Shown: piece by piece, positions 1 to 7,990 of the stretch
How the letters are laid out: the number at the start of each line of letters is the position of its first letter
How positions within the stretch are numbered: position 1 is the first letter of the stretch
Source of the DNA: a virus
Reading direction: 5' to 3' (one strand)
Length of the DNA stretch: 26,300 nt
Virus genome (UHGV): UHGV-0046267
The notes under the pieces: model-generated
Told to the model about the DNA's origin: nothing
Databases searched by the model: none
Seen by the model: only the letters and a program-made list of their open reading frames with translations
Program-made: the position numbers and the translations under genes

Positions 1-49
1 AAAATTGTTATTCAGTATCACCCTTTAAGCCGTTTCAGGCTATATAAAA

Positions 50-1054
50 TTAATCCCCCGTGGACACTGCGTGGACACTCACGCCACCTTTCAGCGGATT
101 AAGGGCCACCGCATCCTGCAGGTAATCCGGTGCAAAATGTGCATATGCCATTGTTTGCTGAATGGTTGCGTGGCCAAGAATCTTCTGAAGCGCAATAATG
201 TTTCCTCCGTTCATCACAAAATGGCTGGCGAACGTATGCCGCAGCACATGTGCAGCCTGGCCTTTTGGTAAATCGGGCTTAACTCTTTTCAGCGCCAAGC
301 AGAATTCCCGGTACTTCACCTCAAACAAGCCGCCTGTTTCTCTGGTTTTGATCGCCTCACAAACTGCCTGCGAAATTGGCACTGTTCTCTTTCGGCCATT
401 TTTGGTTTCAAGAAACGTTACACGGTTATGAACTATCTGTTCACCACGAAGCTTACAAGCTTCACTCCAGCGCGCCCCTGTGCTTAAACACAAAAGCGCA
501 ACACGCCAGTAGTCGCCCTCCAGTGTATCGAGCAATAGCGCTACTTCCTTCTGGGACAGGAAAGCCATTTCTCGCGGGGATACATAAAGAATGGAGATCC
601 CCCTTACCGGATGTTCTGCATCCCAAAGGCCTATTCTTTTCAGAACAGTAAACATGCCGGATAGTCGGTTCATGTACCTGTTAGCAGATGACGGTTTCAA
701 TCCAGCAGCTATCTTTTGAGAACGCCACGCGATAATTTTCAGCTTATCAAGATCCACAGCCTGCATATCAGCGCCAAGCTCATTGATTATGTTGCACAGT
801 TGTTTTCGGTCTTCTTCCGCCTTACGCCTGTGTTGACCGTGATACATCCACCACAACTCAAGCAAATCATTTAGCGTTCGGCGATCACGGTAGCCCTGTA
901 TATATTCCCGCTTTTCAGCGTTCGCCATGATGTAGCGTTCAGTGGCCACCGCTACCGATTTTTTGTCAAATACCTTACGCACGCGCTTTCCCTTGCGTCC
1001 GTTCGGCCTGATGTCCAGCAAATAACGACCATCTTCGAGCTTCTTAATTGACAT
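50..1054 (-). CDS. int: Tyrosine integrase, P2 Int-like. The ORF track extends to 1069 (TTG); the ATG at 1054 preceded by GGAGGG is the more likely start.
   Basis: Translation has the phage-integrase C-terminal catalytic region (ARWSE...HVLRHTFASH...LGHATIQQTMAYAH) and sits at the prophage edge next to the repressor, as in P2. Confidence 0.9.
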   Translation of the reverse strand: MSIKKLEDGRYLLDIRPNGRKGKRVRKVFDKKSVAVATERYIMANAEKREYIQGYRDRRTLNDLLELWWMYHGQHRRKAEEDRKQLCNIINELGADMQAVDLDKLKIIAWRSQKIAAGLKPSSANRYMNRLSGMFTVLKRIGLWDAEHPVRGISILYVSPREMAFLSQKEVALLLDTLEGDYWRVALLCLSTGARWSEACKLRGEQIVHNRVTFLETKNGRKRTVPISQAVCEAIKTRETGGLFEVKYREFCLALKRVKPDLPKGQAAHVLRHTFASHFVMNGGNIIALQKILGHATIQQTMAYAHFAPDYLQDAVALNPLKGGVSVHAVSTGD

Positions 1055-1150
1055 AGCGAAGCCCTCCAATGAACCGCCCTACAATTTCTCCAGCCTCTTT
1101 CCAGCAATAATCAGACCAGACAAAGAGCAGGTCTAACCAGTTTTCTGGCC

Positions 1151-1489
1151 TTAGCGGGGTGATTTTTGGTTTGTTTCGGTTGAAACCTGATCGCCCTCCG
1201 AATCGAAGAAGCCATCAAGAGAGAGAGGCGGAGCAATCTGCCCCGTCGCAGCATTAGTTTGATTAAACATCACCCAATCCGAATACTTCCGAAAACGAGG
1301 ATGATTCAAAATCAGGAGTAACGTTTCTCCAGGTATCATTCTTCCCAATATTTCATAATTTTTGAGATTGTATTGAGATACCCCTGTCACCTCTTCCATC
1401 TCTCTACGTGACAATCCCTCTGCCTCTCGAATCAGGCGAAGTTTTTCTCCAAGGCTTGATTTATGGATCATATGTGATCTAAACTCCAT
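1151..1489 (-). CDS. Immunity repressor, P2 C-like. An alternative ATG at 1471 (MIHKSS...) would give 106 aa.
   Basis: About 100 aa, divergent from cox and directly upstream of int. The WVMFNQT...GQIAP pattern resembles the P2 C family from memory. Confidence 0.7.
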   Translation of the reverse strand: MEFRSHMIHKSSLGEKLRLIREAEGLSRREMEEVTGVSQYNLKNYEILGRMIPGETLLLILNHPRFRKYSDWVMFNQTNAATGQIAPPLSLDGFFDSEGDQVSTETNQKSPR

Positions 1490-1586
1490 GCTATTGGGTT
1501 ACATGTGACACAAAACATTCAAATAGCCAAAATAAGCCTATATAAGCCATTTTGGGCCATTTGGACGAATTAAGGAGATTACCACA
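1490..1586. promoter_or_regulatory. Repressor/cox switch region with candidate early promoter (TTCAAA 1518-1523, 17 bp spacer, TATAAG 1541-1546) and direct repeats of ATAAGCC at 1532-1538 and 1542-1548.
   Basis: 97 bp between divergent regulators. The hexamers and the 7-bp repeats spaced 10 bp apart are read directly from the sequence; P2-type operators are direct repeats around the early promoter. Confidence 0.45.
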
Positions 1587-1874
1587 ATGAGCGAATCAGA
1601 GCTTGAGGGGTTCATTCAGGTAGCACCATATCCACTTGAAGCGGTGCCATATCAACTATTTGCCAAGATGATTGGTCGCAAAGAATCAACCGTCAGAACC
1701 ATGATTGACGCTGCAAAGTTACCAACGATTGACTTTGTGAAACCAGGTTCAGTGAAGACGCGAGCATCAGAAAACTGGGTATATCTGCCAGCATTTAACG
1801 CCGGTATGCGCAAAGCGTTTTTTGATCAGCCGAAAGAACGCCGCGATGCATGGTTGTTGTGGCTGGGGCTTTAA
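1587..1874 (+). CDS. cox: Cox-like excisionase / transcriptional regulator.
   Basis: 95 aa, first gene of the rightward early operon, AAGGAG RBS at 1572-1577. Motifs PYQLFAKMIGR, WVYLPAFN and WLLWLGL match the P2 Cox family as I recall it. Confidence 0.8.
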   Translation: MSESELEGFIQVAPYPLEAVPYQLFAKMIGRKESTVRTMIDAAKLPTIDFVKPGSVKTRASENWVYLPAFNAGMRKAFFDQPKERRDAWLLWLGL

Positions 1875-1880
1875 TCATAA

Positions 1881-2087
1881 ATGACCAGCAATATCACCAG
1901 CGCCATTTTGGACCTTGTATTCCTAGAAGTGGGTGTAATAGCGATTTATCTGCTTAGCAAGCTAACAGGACAAAAAGAACGCTTTATTGTTCTCAACGTT
2001 CATTACCTCGCCGCTTATGCCAGAGGTCTTTTTCCGATCACCATTGGTGCGGTGCTCATGGCGTTTGTTATTTGGCTCATCGGGTAG
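1881..2087 (+). CDS. Small hydrophobic protein, predicted two transmembrane segments, unknown function.
   Basis: 68 aa ORF tightly packed between cox and the next early gene; two long hydrophobic stretches. Confidence 0.5.
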   Translation: MTSNITSAILDLVFLEVGVIAIYLLSKLTGQKERFIVLNVHYLAAYARGLFPITIGAVLMAFVIWLIG

Positions 2088-2098
2088 AGGCACGAAAA

Positions 2099-2557
2099 AT
2101 GAATAAGCAACAGCGAAATGGCAAGCCCCATAACACGGGATTTCGTCGCAATTACTTTGAAAATGGGCGTTATGCCGGGGAAGTAAATAGGTACGGAGTT
2201 TTTGACATGAAGCAACAGTGCAATTCTTCACAGCAACGCTTCCGCAACAGGGAGGAACGCCATGCTAACCGTTTCGCTACCAGTACATCGCGTAGCAACT
2301 ATCGCTACAGCCTGAGCGAAACACACGCAACACCGGATGGCCACGCTGTAAAACAAATCGGCGAGCATACCTGGCTGATTGAGAAAGCTGGAATCGTGGT
2401 CCACAAATGCCCACGCAATCCGTTTACCGGAAACCGCATTTTTGCATTGAGCTGCGGCGACAATCACTTCGGACAGGATTTCACATTATACGAAGCACTT
2501 CGCACGGTTGATCGTCTGCTTCGCGGGCAAAGTTTTATTAAACAGGCTGATTTATAA
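2099..2557 (+). CDS. Early-operon protein in the position of P2 gene B (replication accessory); functional assignment is tentative.
   Basis: ORF track gives 2072 (TTG); ATG at 2099 follows a GAGG RBS and avoids overlap. Assignment rests on position and size (about 152 aa) only. Confidence 0.4.
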   Translation: MNKQQRNGKPHNTGFRRNYFENGRYAGEVNRYGVFDMKQQCNSSQQRFRNREERHANRFATSTSRSNYRYSLSETHATPDGHAVKQIGEHTWLIEKAGIVVHKCPRNPFTGNRIFALSCGDNHFGQDFTLYEALRTVDRLLRGQSFIKQADL

Positions 2558-2567
2558 TAGGTGCTTT

Positions 2568-2855
2568 ATGACCAAAGAGCATGCACAAGGTGTATTTATC
2601 CGTTTTATTGATTTTCGCGGTGAACTGTTATTACGCGCATCCGCTATTGATGGAGTGGCTCCGGCGGGTAAAAACGGAGCCGACGAAGCCACTTACGTTT
2701 ATCTGAACGGCACGCGACTGCTTGTGGAACTTCCGTACCAGACCGTACGAGAAATCATTAGTGAAGCTGAAAAGGCACGCCTGGCTAATGGCGATGAACC
2801 CTATATCGAAATTATTTGTATGGATTCAGAAACTGAAATTCAGAAAGCAGATTAA
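2568..2855 (+). CDS. Hypothetical early protein.
   Basis: In-operon ORF; ATG at 2568 (MTKEHAQG...) chosen over the upstream alternative start in the track. Confidence 0.5.
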   Translation: MTKEHAQGVFIRFIDFRGELLLRASAIDGVAPAGKNGADEATYVYLNGTRLLVELPYQTVREIISEAEKARLANGDEPYIEIICMDSETEIQKAD

Positions 2856-2866
2856 AGGGCGTTGCG

Positions 2867-3109
2867 ATGGGCAAAGAATATAAAACTCTCATTAACAAAG
2901 CACTTGAGCGTTTTTATTTTCGCTTAAGTGCATCAGGCGCTCATGCTGAACGTGCAGCCCGTGACTCATTGACCAGGGCAATCCGGAGTCTGTATGACGT
3001 GGCTTTTTACGCTGATGATCTGGATGCACTTAACGAACTTTCCGGGCTGATCTGTGCCGCAGAATGCGGGGAACATATTGAACCGTATAAGCTGGGGAAT
3101 ATTGCATGA
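2867..3109 (+). CDS. Hypothetical early protein.
   Basis: 80 aa ORF in the early operon, same strand, short spacing from the previous gene. Confidence 0.5.
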   Translation: MGKEYKTLINKALERFYFRLSASGAHAERAARDSLTRAIRSLYDVAFYADDLDALNELSGLICAAECGEHIEPYKLGNIA

Positions 3110-3219
3110 GTATATTTATCTCATGGCTTGTTCTGATTATTTCGGTGGCCTGCGCTATTGGGATTATGCGAATTATTCATTCAATAAAAAAGATTGAACG
3201 CTTTTTCACTGGCGAATAA
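3106..3219 (+). CDS. Possible 37-aa hydrophobic micropeptide (MSIFISWLVLIISVACAIGIMRIIHSIKKIERFFTGE), translationally coupled.
   Basis: ATG at 3106 overlaps the upstream stop (ATGA). I translated it by hand; it is too short for the ORF track. One predicted transmembrane helix followed by a basic tail. Confidence 0.3.
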   Translation: MSIFISWLVLIISVACAIGIMRIIHSIKKIERFFTGE

Positions 3220-3305
3220 CAGAGCAAATAAAACCACAGATTAAATAAGAAAATGTAAAAACAATCCGCATTCGCGGAGGTATTCGCACACGCCAAGGAG
3301 GCGTA

Positions 3306-3509
3306 ATGGCAATTAAGCATTTTCCTGTCGTTCGTTTTACCTCCAGAGGGCGTGAATACGAAGTCGACGAACGCCTGATTACCACAATCGACAAACACCG
3401 TTCAGAAAAGGATGCACATCACATCTATCTCACTGACGGCACTTACTTCTGCGCCACGAATGTGGTGCGGGTGAACCTTATCCGACAGGTACAGGAGTCA
3501 CGCAAATGA
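3306..3509 (+). CDS. Hypothetical early protein.
   Basis: 67 aa ORF with a strong AAGGAGG RBS just upstream. Confidence 0.55.
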   Translation: MAIKHFPVVRFTSRGREYEVDERLITTIDKHRSEKDAHHIYLTDGTYFCATNVVRVNLIRQVQESRK

Positions 3510-3751
3510 CCATTCTGGACTATATCGCCGCCAATCCGGGGTGTAGCGGTGGAGAAATCGCCGCAGCACTGAATACCCCAACCACAGCCATTAATGCGGA
3601 GTTACGCCGACTCTGGCGCAGCGGTTCAGTCATAAGAAAAGAGCGCAAAACAGGCGGTCGCTTTTCTTACCAGATAAACCCGATGCCGTTCGGGTGCGGC
3701 AATCCACTTACCAACATGTTTAACCAGCTACTGAAGGAAGCCAGAGCATGA
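3506..3751 (+). CDS. Small putative winged-helix DNA-binding protein.
   Basis: 81 aa, overlapping start/stop with neighbours. The N-terminal segment (DYIAANPGCSGGEIAAALNTPTTAINAELRRLWRSG) has an HTH/winged-helix look; family not identified. Confidence 0.45.
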   Translation: MTILDYIAANPGCSGGEIAAALNTPTTAINAELRRLWRSGSVIRKERKTGGRFSYQINPMPFGCGNPLTNMFNQLLKEARA

Positions 3752-4047
3752 GCGCCATCAACCACCAGGAATTACGCGAACTGGCGACTGACCTGCAACG
3801 AATGGCAACGCCTCAAAAATTACTGGCGTTTCGCGCAATGCTCTCGCCGTCTGCTGTGTTGGCGCTGCTGGATGAGCTGGAGCACGCCAGAACCACACCT
3901 CTCGCCATTCGCCTGACGCTCCGTCATGAAATCGAGGATTTCTGCGCGACGTTGGAGGCACCAGGCGAACCGGAAACGCCGGAAGCAATACAGAAAGAGC
4001 TGCTGCAACGCATTGACAAGGTTTTTGATTTTTTTCTGAACCACTAA
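3748..4047 (+). CDS. Hypothetical early protein.
   Basis: 99 aa ORF, ATGA-type overlap with the upstream gene. Confidence 0.5.
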   Translation: MSAINHQELRELATDLQRMATPQKLLAFRAMLSPSAVLALLDELEHARTTPLAIRLTLRHEIEDFCATLEAPGEPETPEAIQKELLQRIDKVFDFFLNH

Positions 4048-4169
4048 GAAACCAGAACATGCACACACAAAAAAACCGCTTGCCATGCCGCAATCAGTCA
4101 GGTTACATTTCCGCTGCACCTCACAAAACGGGTGCCGGGTTTCGCAGCCTGCTGACTACACAAGCGCAC

Positions 4170-4192
4170 AACCGCGCCAGCGGTTTTTTTGT
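4170..4192 (+). terminator. Candidate intrinsic terminator (stem ACCGC/GCGGT, then seven T).
   Basis: Hairpin and T-run read directly at 4170-4190 inside a roughly 320-bp stretch with no convincing ORF. The stem is short, so strength is uncertain. Confidence 0.35.
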
Positions 4193-4369
4193 GCGTACTG
4201 TATTGCCACGTTTTTTTCGCGTCAGAATTATGGCGGGGCGTACGGGGCCGACTTCGGTCGGGCCGGGTTCTTGTGTAGCCGGTACTGCGAACCTCGTACG
4301 TCTCGCCACCCACAGTTTCGCAGCTCTGGATGGTGAGTTTTCACAACTTACTACACAAGGGGCCACACC

Positions 4370-4600
4370 ATGGCAAACCGCAAACCACACCGCGCTATCG
4401 CGGAGCGTCGTCACATCCAGACTGAAATCAACCGCAGACTTTCCCGCGCATCACGCGTCGCGCAAATCATGCACATCAATATGTTGCATGAGCGCAGCCA
4501 CGCACTATCAAACATTTATTCCGCCTCTGTTTTCAGCTATCTGGCGGATGATCTGCACGAGCTTCAACAGCTCATCCAGCAGCAAAACAAACTCCATTAA
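4370..4600 (+). CDS. Hypothetical protein.
   Basis: 76 aa ORF upstream of gpA; coding status not certain. Confidence 0.4.
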   Translation: MANRKPHRAIAERRHIQTEINRRLSRASRVAQIMHINMLHERSHALSNIYSASVFSYLADDLHELQQLIQQQNKLH

Positions 4601-4672
4601 TTCCTGTTCCGGGCCTTTCCTGCACCTTGCGGCGGGAGGCCTTCGCACATCTGTAACAAGAGGATTGCCGCA

Positions 4673-5038
4673 ATGATTCTCGCCAACGACTTTCTTGAAT
4701 ACCTGCTCAACACAGAACGTGATCTTGCCGCTCGCGTGCGTGATCGTTATGACATGTACCTGAAATCCCTGCCTGTACCGCAGCTCGCTGACGGAAAAAT
4801 TGTTATTGATGGTCGCTACGTGATCGACAGCCATGAGGGAAATTACAGGCTTTACCGCATTGAAGGTGGCACCCCGTCCGTTATTGGCATTTACCAGCGC
4901 CCATCCTCTGCAATCGTCGATGTGATTGCCGACAGCATCCGCATCACACATCGCCATGCCGACACAGAAGACACCGTGCTGGAAATTCAGCGGCTGGCTA
5001 CAGTCTGCCGCGACACCCTGAATGGCATGACGAAGTAA
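4673..5038 (+). CDS. Hypothetical protein.
   Basis: 121 aa ORF with an AGAGGA RBS, immediately upstream of gpA. Confidence 0.5.
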   Translation: MILANDFLEYLLNTERDLAARVRDRYDMYLKSLPVPQLADGKIVIDGRYVIDSHEGNYRLYRIEGGTPSVIGIYQRPSSAIVDVIADSIRITHRHADTEDTVLEIQRLATVCRDTLNGMTK

Positions 5039-5044
5039 ATCACT

Positions 5045-7810
5045 ATGACGGCAGAGTACATCAGGGACTGGCAACAACCGCGCCACGCAGTGGGGCGTGA
5101 AGGAACGGGGATCCCCGCTCCTGAATCCGCGCTTTCCTCCTGGCTGGATGCCTACCGGGCAGAGAACGAGCGCCGCCAGGAAATGGCTGATGCGGCGTTC
5201 TCCGCCACGCCGCTGGGCAACCTGATTAATAAAAGCCTGGACGCACAGGAAAAACAGGACAAAACCATCACACTGGCAGGAGACGCCAGAAAACAGGCAC
5301 GCGGCGCGGTGGATGAAGCCATGGCCTCGCTGCGCCTGCTGCCGTCCTATCTGCGCGATCCGCTTATTCGCCACCTCTCCTTCCTGCGCAAAAAACAGGA
5401 AGCCGATCGCCGGAAAGGAAAAAAGAGCTGGCAGGCTGAACGCTACGCGTGCGGAACCCTGCGCAAAATATTCGAACGTCTGGACCGCACCGACCACCGC
5501 TGGCTGACACCGGGTTATCGCTCCCTTGCCGGACGCGAACGCCTGGACGATTTGCTTTACCTGCCGCAGCTCAACAAACACCAGATACAGACGCTGGCCA
5601 CCATGACGGCGGCGATGTTCAGCAGCACCTTCGAAAAACTCTGCGATGGCTTTGGCGCGACTGATGGCGAGCTGACCATGGATGTAACGCTGAAGGCGTA
5701 TCAGATGCTGGCCCGCATGGCGTTACACCTGCACGCCATGCCTCCGCATTATGACGTACTGACAACAGACAAAGACCGGAGGAACGAACCGGACACGGAG
5801 CTGCTGCCGGGCGCAATCCTTCGCCTGACCTGTGCGGAATGGTGGAAACGCAAACTGTGGCTGTTACGTTGCGAGTGGAGAGAAGAACAACTCCGCGCCG
5901 CCTGTCTGGTTTCCAGAAAAACATCACCCTATCTGAGCCAGGACGCGTTAAGCGAGTTTCGCGCACAGCGCGAGAAAACACGCGATTTCCTGAAAAGTTT
6001 CATGCTGGAAAACGAAGACGGGTTCACGATTGATCTCGAGACAGTGTATTACGCGGGAGTAAGTAACCCGGTTCACCGTAAGGCAGAAATGATGGCCACC
6101 ATGAAGGGGCTGGAACTTCTGGCCGAAGCCCGTGGCGACAAAGCGGTGTTTCTGACTGTCACCTGCCCGTCAAAATACCACGCCACAACAGAGAACGGTC
6201 ATCCGAATCCCAAATGGAACGGGGCCACCATGCGCGACTCCAGCGATTACCTGGTTAACACGTTTTTTGCAGCGGTCCGCAAGAAACTGAACCGCGATGG
6301 CCTGCGCTGGTATGGCATCCGCACGGTGGAGCCTCACCATGACGGCACCGTGCACTGGCATATGATGGTCTTTGCTCATCCGGAAGAAATCGACAGCATT
6401 GTGGCCATCACCCGCGATATTGCCATTCAGGAAGACCGCCACGAGCTGGGCGATGACATAACTCCGCGTTTTAAGGCGGAGTACGTAGACGGCTCAAAAG
6501 GCACACCAACCAGCTATATCGCGACCTACATCGGAAAAAACCTGGACAGCCGCGCCGTGGATGGCATCGACCCGAAAACGGGCAAGCCACGCGTTGACCA
6601 CGAAACCGGAAAATCAATGGCAGAGAGCGTGGAACGCGCCATCGGCTGGGCGCGCCTTCACCGGGTCCGCCAGTTCCAGTTCTTTGGTATCCCCTCCCGT
6701 CAGGTGTGGCGTGAACTGCGTCGCCTTGCCAGCCAGATGGCACGCAACCCGGAAGGCCCGCAACGGCTGAAGGATGACGCAATGGACTCGGTTCTTGCTG
6801 CCGCTGATGCCGGATGTTTTGCCACCTACATAGAGAAACAGGGCGGCGTACTTGTTCCACGCAAAGACTACCTGATTCGCACCGCCTACGACCTCGCAGA
6901 TGAGCTGAACGATTACGGCGAACAGAGCGTACAGATTTACGGGATCTGGTCACCACTCATCGGGGAATCCTCCCGTGTGTGCACGCACCCGGATAACTGG
7001 AAGCTGGTAAGACGTAAACCTGAAGCAGAAGACATCGCCCGCGAAAATGGTTTTGACCTTCAGGGCGGCCCTGCCGCCCCTTGGACTCGTGGCAATAACT
7101 GTCCCCGTGTACAGGAAACGGACAACAACGGGACAGAACAGCCGGAAGAACGGCCAGCACCGTGGCCGCAGCTCCCTGACGGCGTTGAAGTGAACGAATG
7201 GATGCGCTCACTGAAACGGCACGAACGCCGGGCGCTGATGCGTGCGCTTCGTGACAAACAGGCAAAAAACAGCAGTGATGAAATGCAGAGCTGGACACAG
7301 AGCCGCAAACAGCAGCGGCCTTTGCCTGATAACCACGAATTACTCGCTAAAGAATGGCGGGAGTCTGCTGAATCTCTCGGCCTGCATATCGGTGAACAAC
7401 AGATGCAGCACCTGTTACGGGGCGGCAGTCTGTACGTTGACGGCAGCATCATTGCACCGCAGAGATTTGAAATTGTACGCAAACCAGATACCCGACCGGA
7501 CAGCCGAATCACGCAGCTCTGGCAGCGCCTGAGCCGTAATCACGGCGTAAACAGCACGGAAATCCGCCATAACCCGGTTTCCAGCTATCTGAAACAGCTC
7601 GGGGCATCAGACCCAGAAGCCGCTGCACGCCTGGCATCCACAATTCAGCAGGACCAGAACACCATGAAAACTCCCGTTACCGTGCTTTCTGACATGCTGC
7701 GCGCCATCCGTGACGCAGAACACGCACAGAGAATCAATGAAACCACTGAACGCGCACGTCACAAGGCGAGTCTGTTGCAGGACAAAGGCAATAGCGAGAA
7801 GAAAAAATAA
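5045..7810 (+). CDS. Replication initiation endonuclease, P2 gpA family (rolling-circle HUH nickase).
   Basis: 921 aa. HUH-type motif VHWHMMVF and a tyrosine motif YIATYIGK are present. Position after the early operon matches P2 gene A. Confidence 0.9.
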   Translation: MTAEYIRDWQQPRHAVGREGTGIPAPESALSSWLDAYRAENERRQEMADAAFSATPLGNLINKSLDAQEKQDKTITLAGDARKQARGAVDEAMASLRLLPSYLRDPLIRHLSFLRKKQEADRRKGKKSWQAERYACGTLRKIFERLDRTDHRWLTPGYRSLAGRERLDDLLYLPQLNKHQIQTLATMTAAMFSSTFEKLCDGFGATDGELTMDVTLKAYQMLARMALHLHAMPPHYDVLTTDKDRRNEPDTELLPGAILRLTCAEWWKRKLWLLRCEWREEQLRAACLVSRKTSPYLSQDALSEFRAQREKTRDFLKSFMLENEDGFTIDLETVYYAGVSNPVHRKAEMMATMKGLELLAEARGDKAVFLTVTCPSKYHATTENGHPNPKWNGATMRDSSDYLVNTFFAAVRKKLNRDGLRWYGIRTVEPHHDGTVHWHMMVFAHPEEIDSIVAITRDIAIQEDRHELGDDITPRFKAEYVDGSKGTPTSYIATYIGKNLDSRAVDGIDPKTGKPRVDHETGKSMAESVERAIGWARLHRVRQFQFFGIPSRQVWRELRRLASQMARNPEGPQRLKDDAMDSVLAAADAGCFATYIEKQGGVLVPRKDYLIRTAYDLADELNDYGEQSVQIYGIWSPLIGESSRVCTHPDNWKLVRRKPEAEDIARENGFDLQGGPAAPWTRGNNCPRVQETDNNGTEQPEERPAPWPQLPDGVEVNEWMRSLKRHERRALMRALRDKQAKNSSDEMQSWTQSRKQQRPLPDNHELLAKEWRESAESLGLHIGEQQMQHLLRGGSLYVDGSIIAPQRFEIVRKPDTRPDSRITQLWQRLSRNHGVNSTEIRHNPVSSYLKQLGASDPEAAARLASTIQQDQNTMKTPVTVLSDMLRAIRDAEHAQRINETTERARHKASLLQDKGNSEKKK

Positions 7811-7910
7811 CCAAGAAAGAAATCATCAATTGTATGAAGGTAGAGTTTAGACATGGTAAGGACGTTCCATGAGACACACTGTAATTTCATATAGTATTCC
7901 TCTTCCCTGT

Positions 7911-7939
7911 TTGACAAAAAAGTGCAATACTATAAATAG
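7911..7939 (+). promoter_or_regulatory. Candidate sigma70-type promoter for the accessory operon (TTGACA at 7911-7916; TATAAAT at 7931-7937).
   Basis: Consensus -35 hexamer and AT-rich -10-like element read in the 180-bp AT-rich intergenic region; spacer length is suboptimal (14-16 bp depending on register). Confidence 0.35.
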
Positions 7940-7990
7940 TCCAGTTAAATGCTTTTTCAATTCACTTAAAATCAAGAGGTTACAGTTAAG

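Noticed and set aside
1-49. Attachment site (attL core) adjacent to the integrase 3' end
   Set aside because: The att core is expected near here, but I could not recognise the P2 core or a tRNA 3' end, and the window starts too close to the integrase to see host flanking sequence.
4240-4310. Possible tRNA (GC-rich hairpins and a CCA-containing 3' end)
   Set aside because: No cloverleaf can be built: the span between the paired CGTACG arms is too short and no T-arm GTTC-type motif or anticodon arm is present.
4059-4676. 205-aa plus-strand ORF spanning the structured non-coding region
   Set aside because: Ser/Arg/Cys-rich junk-like translation, overlaps the terminator hairpin and the better-supported 76-aa ORF; treated as non-coding.
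4508-5581. 357-aa minus-strand ORF
   Set aside because: Antisense shadow ORF overlapping the 5' part of the gpA replication gene; no RBS, and gpA has clear catalytic motifs on the plus strand.
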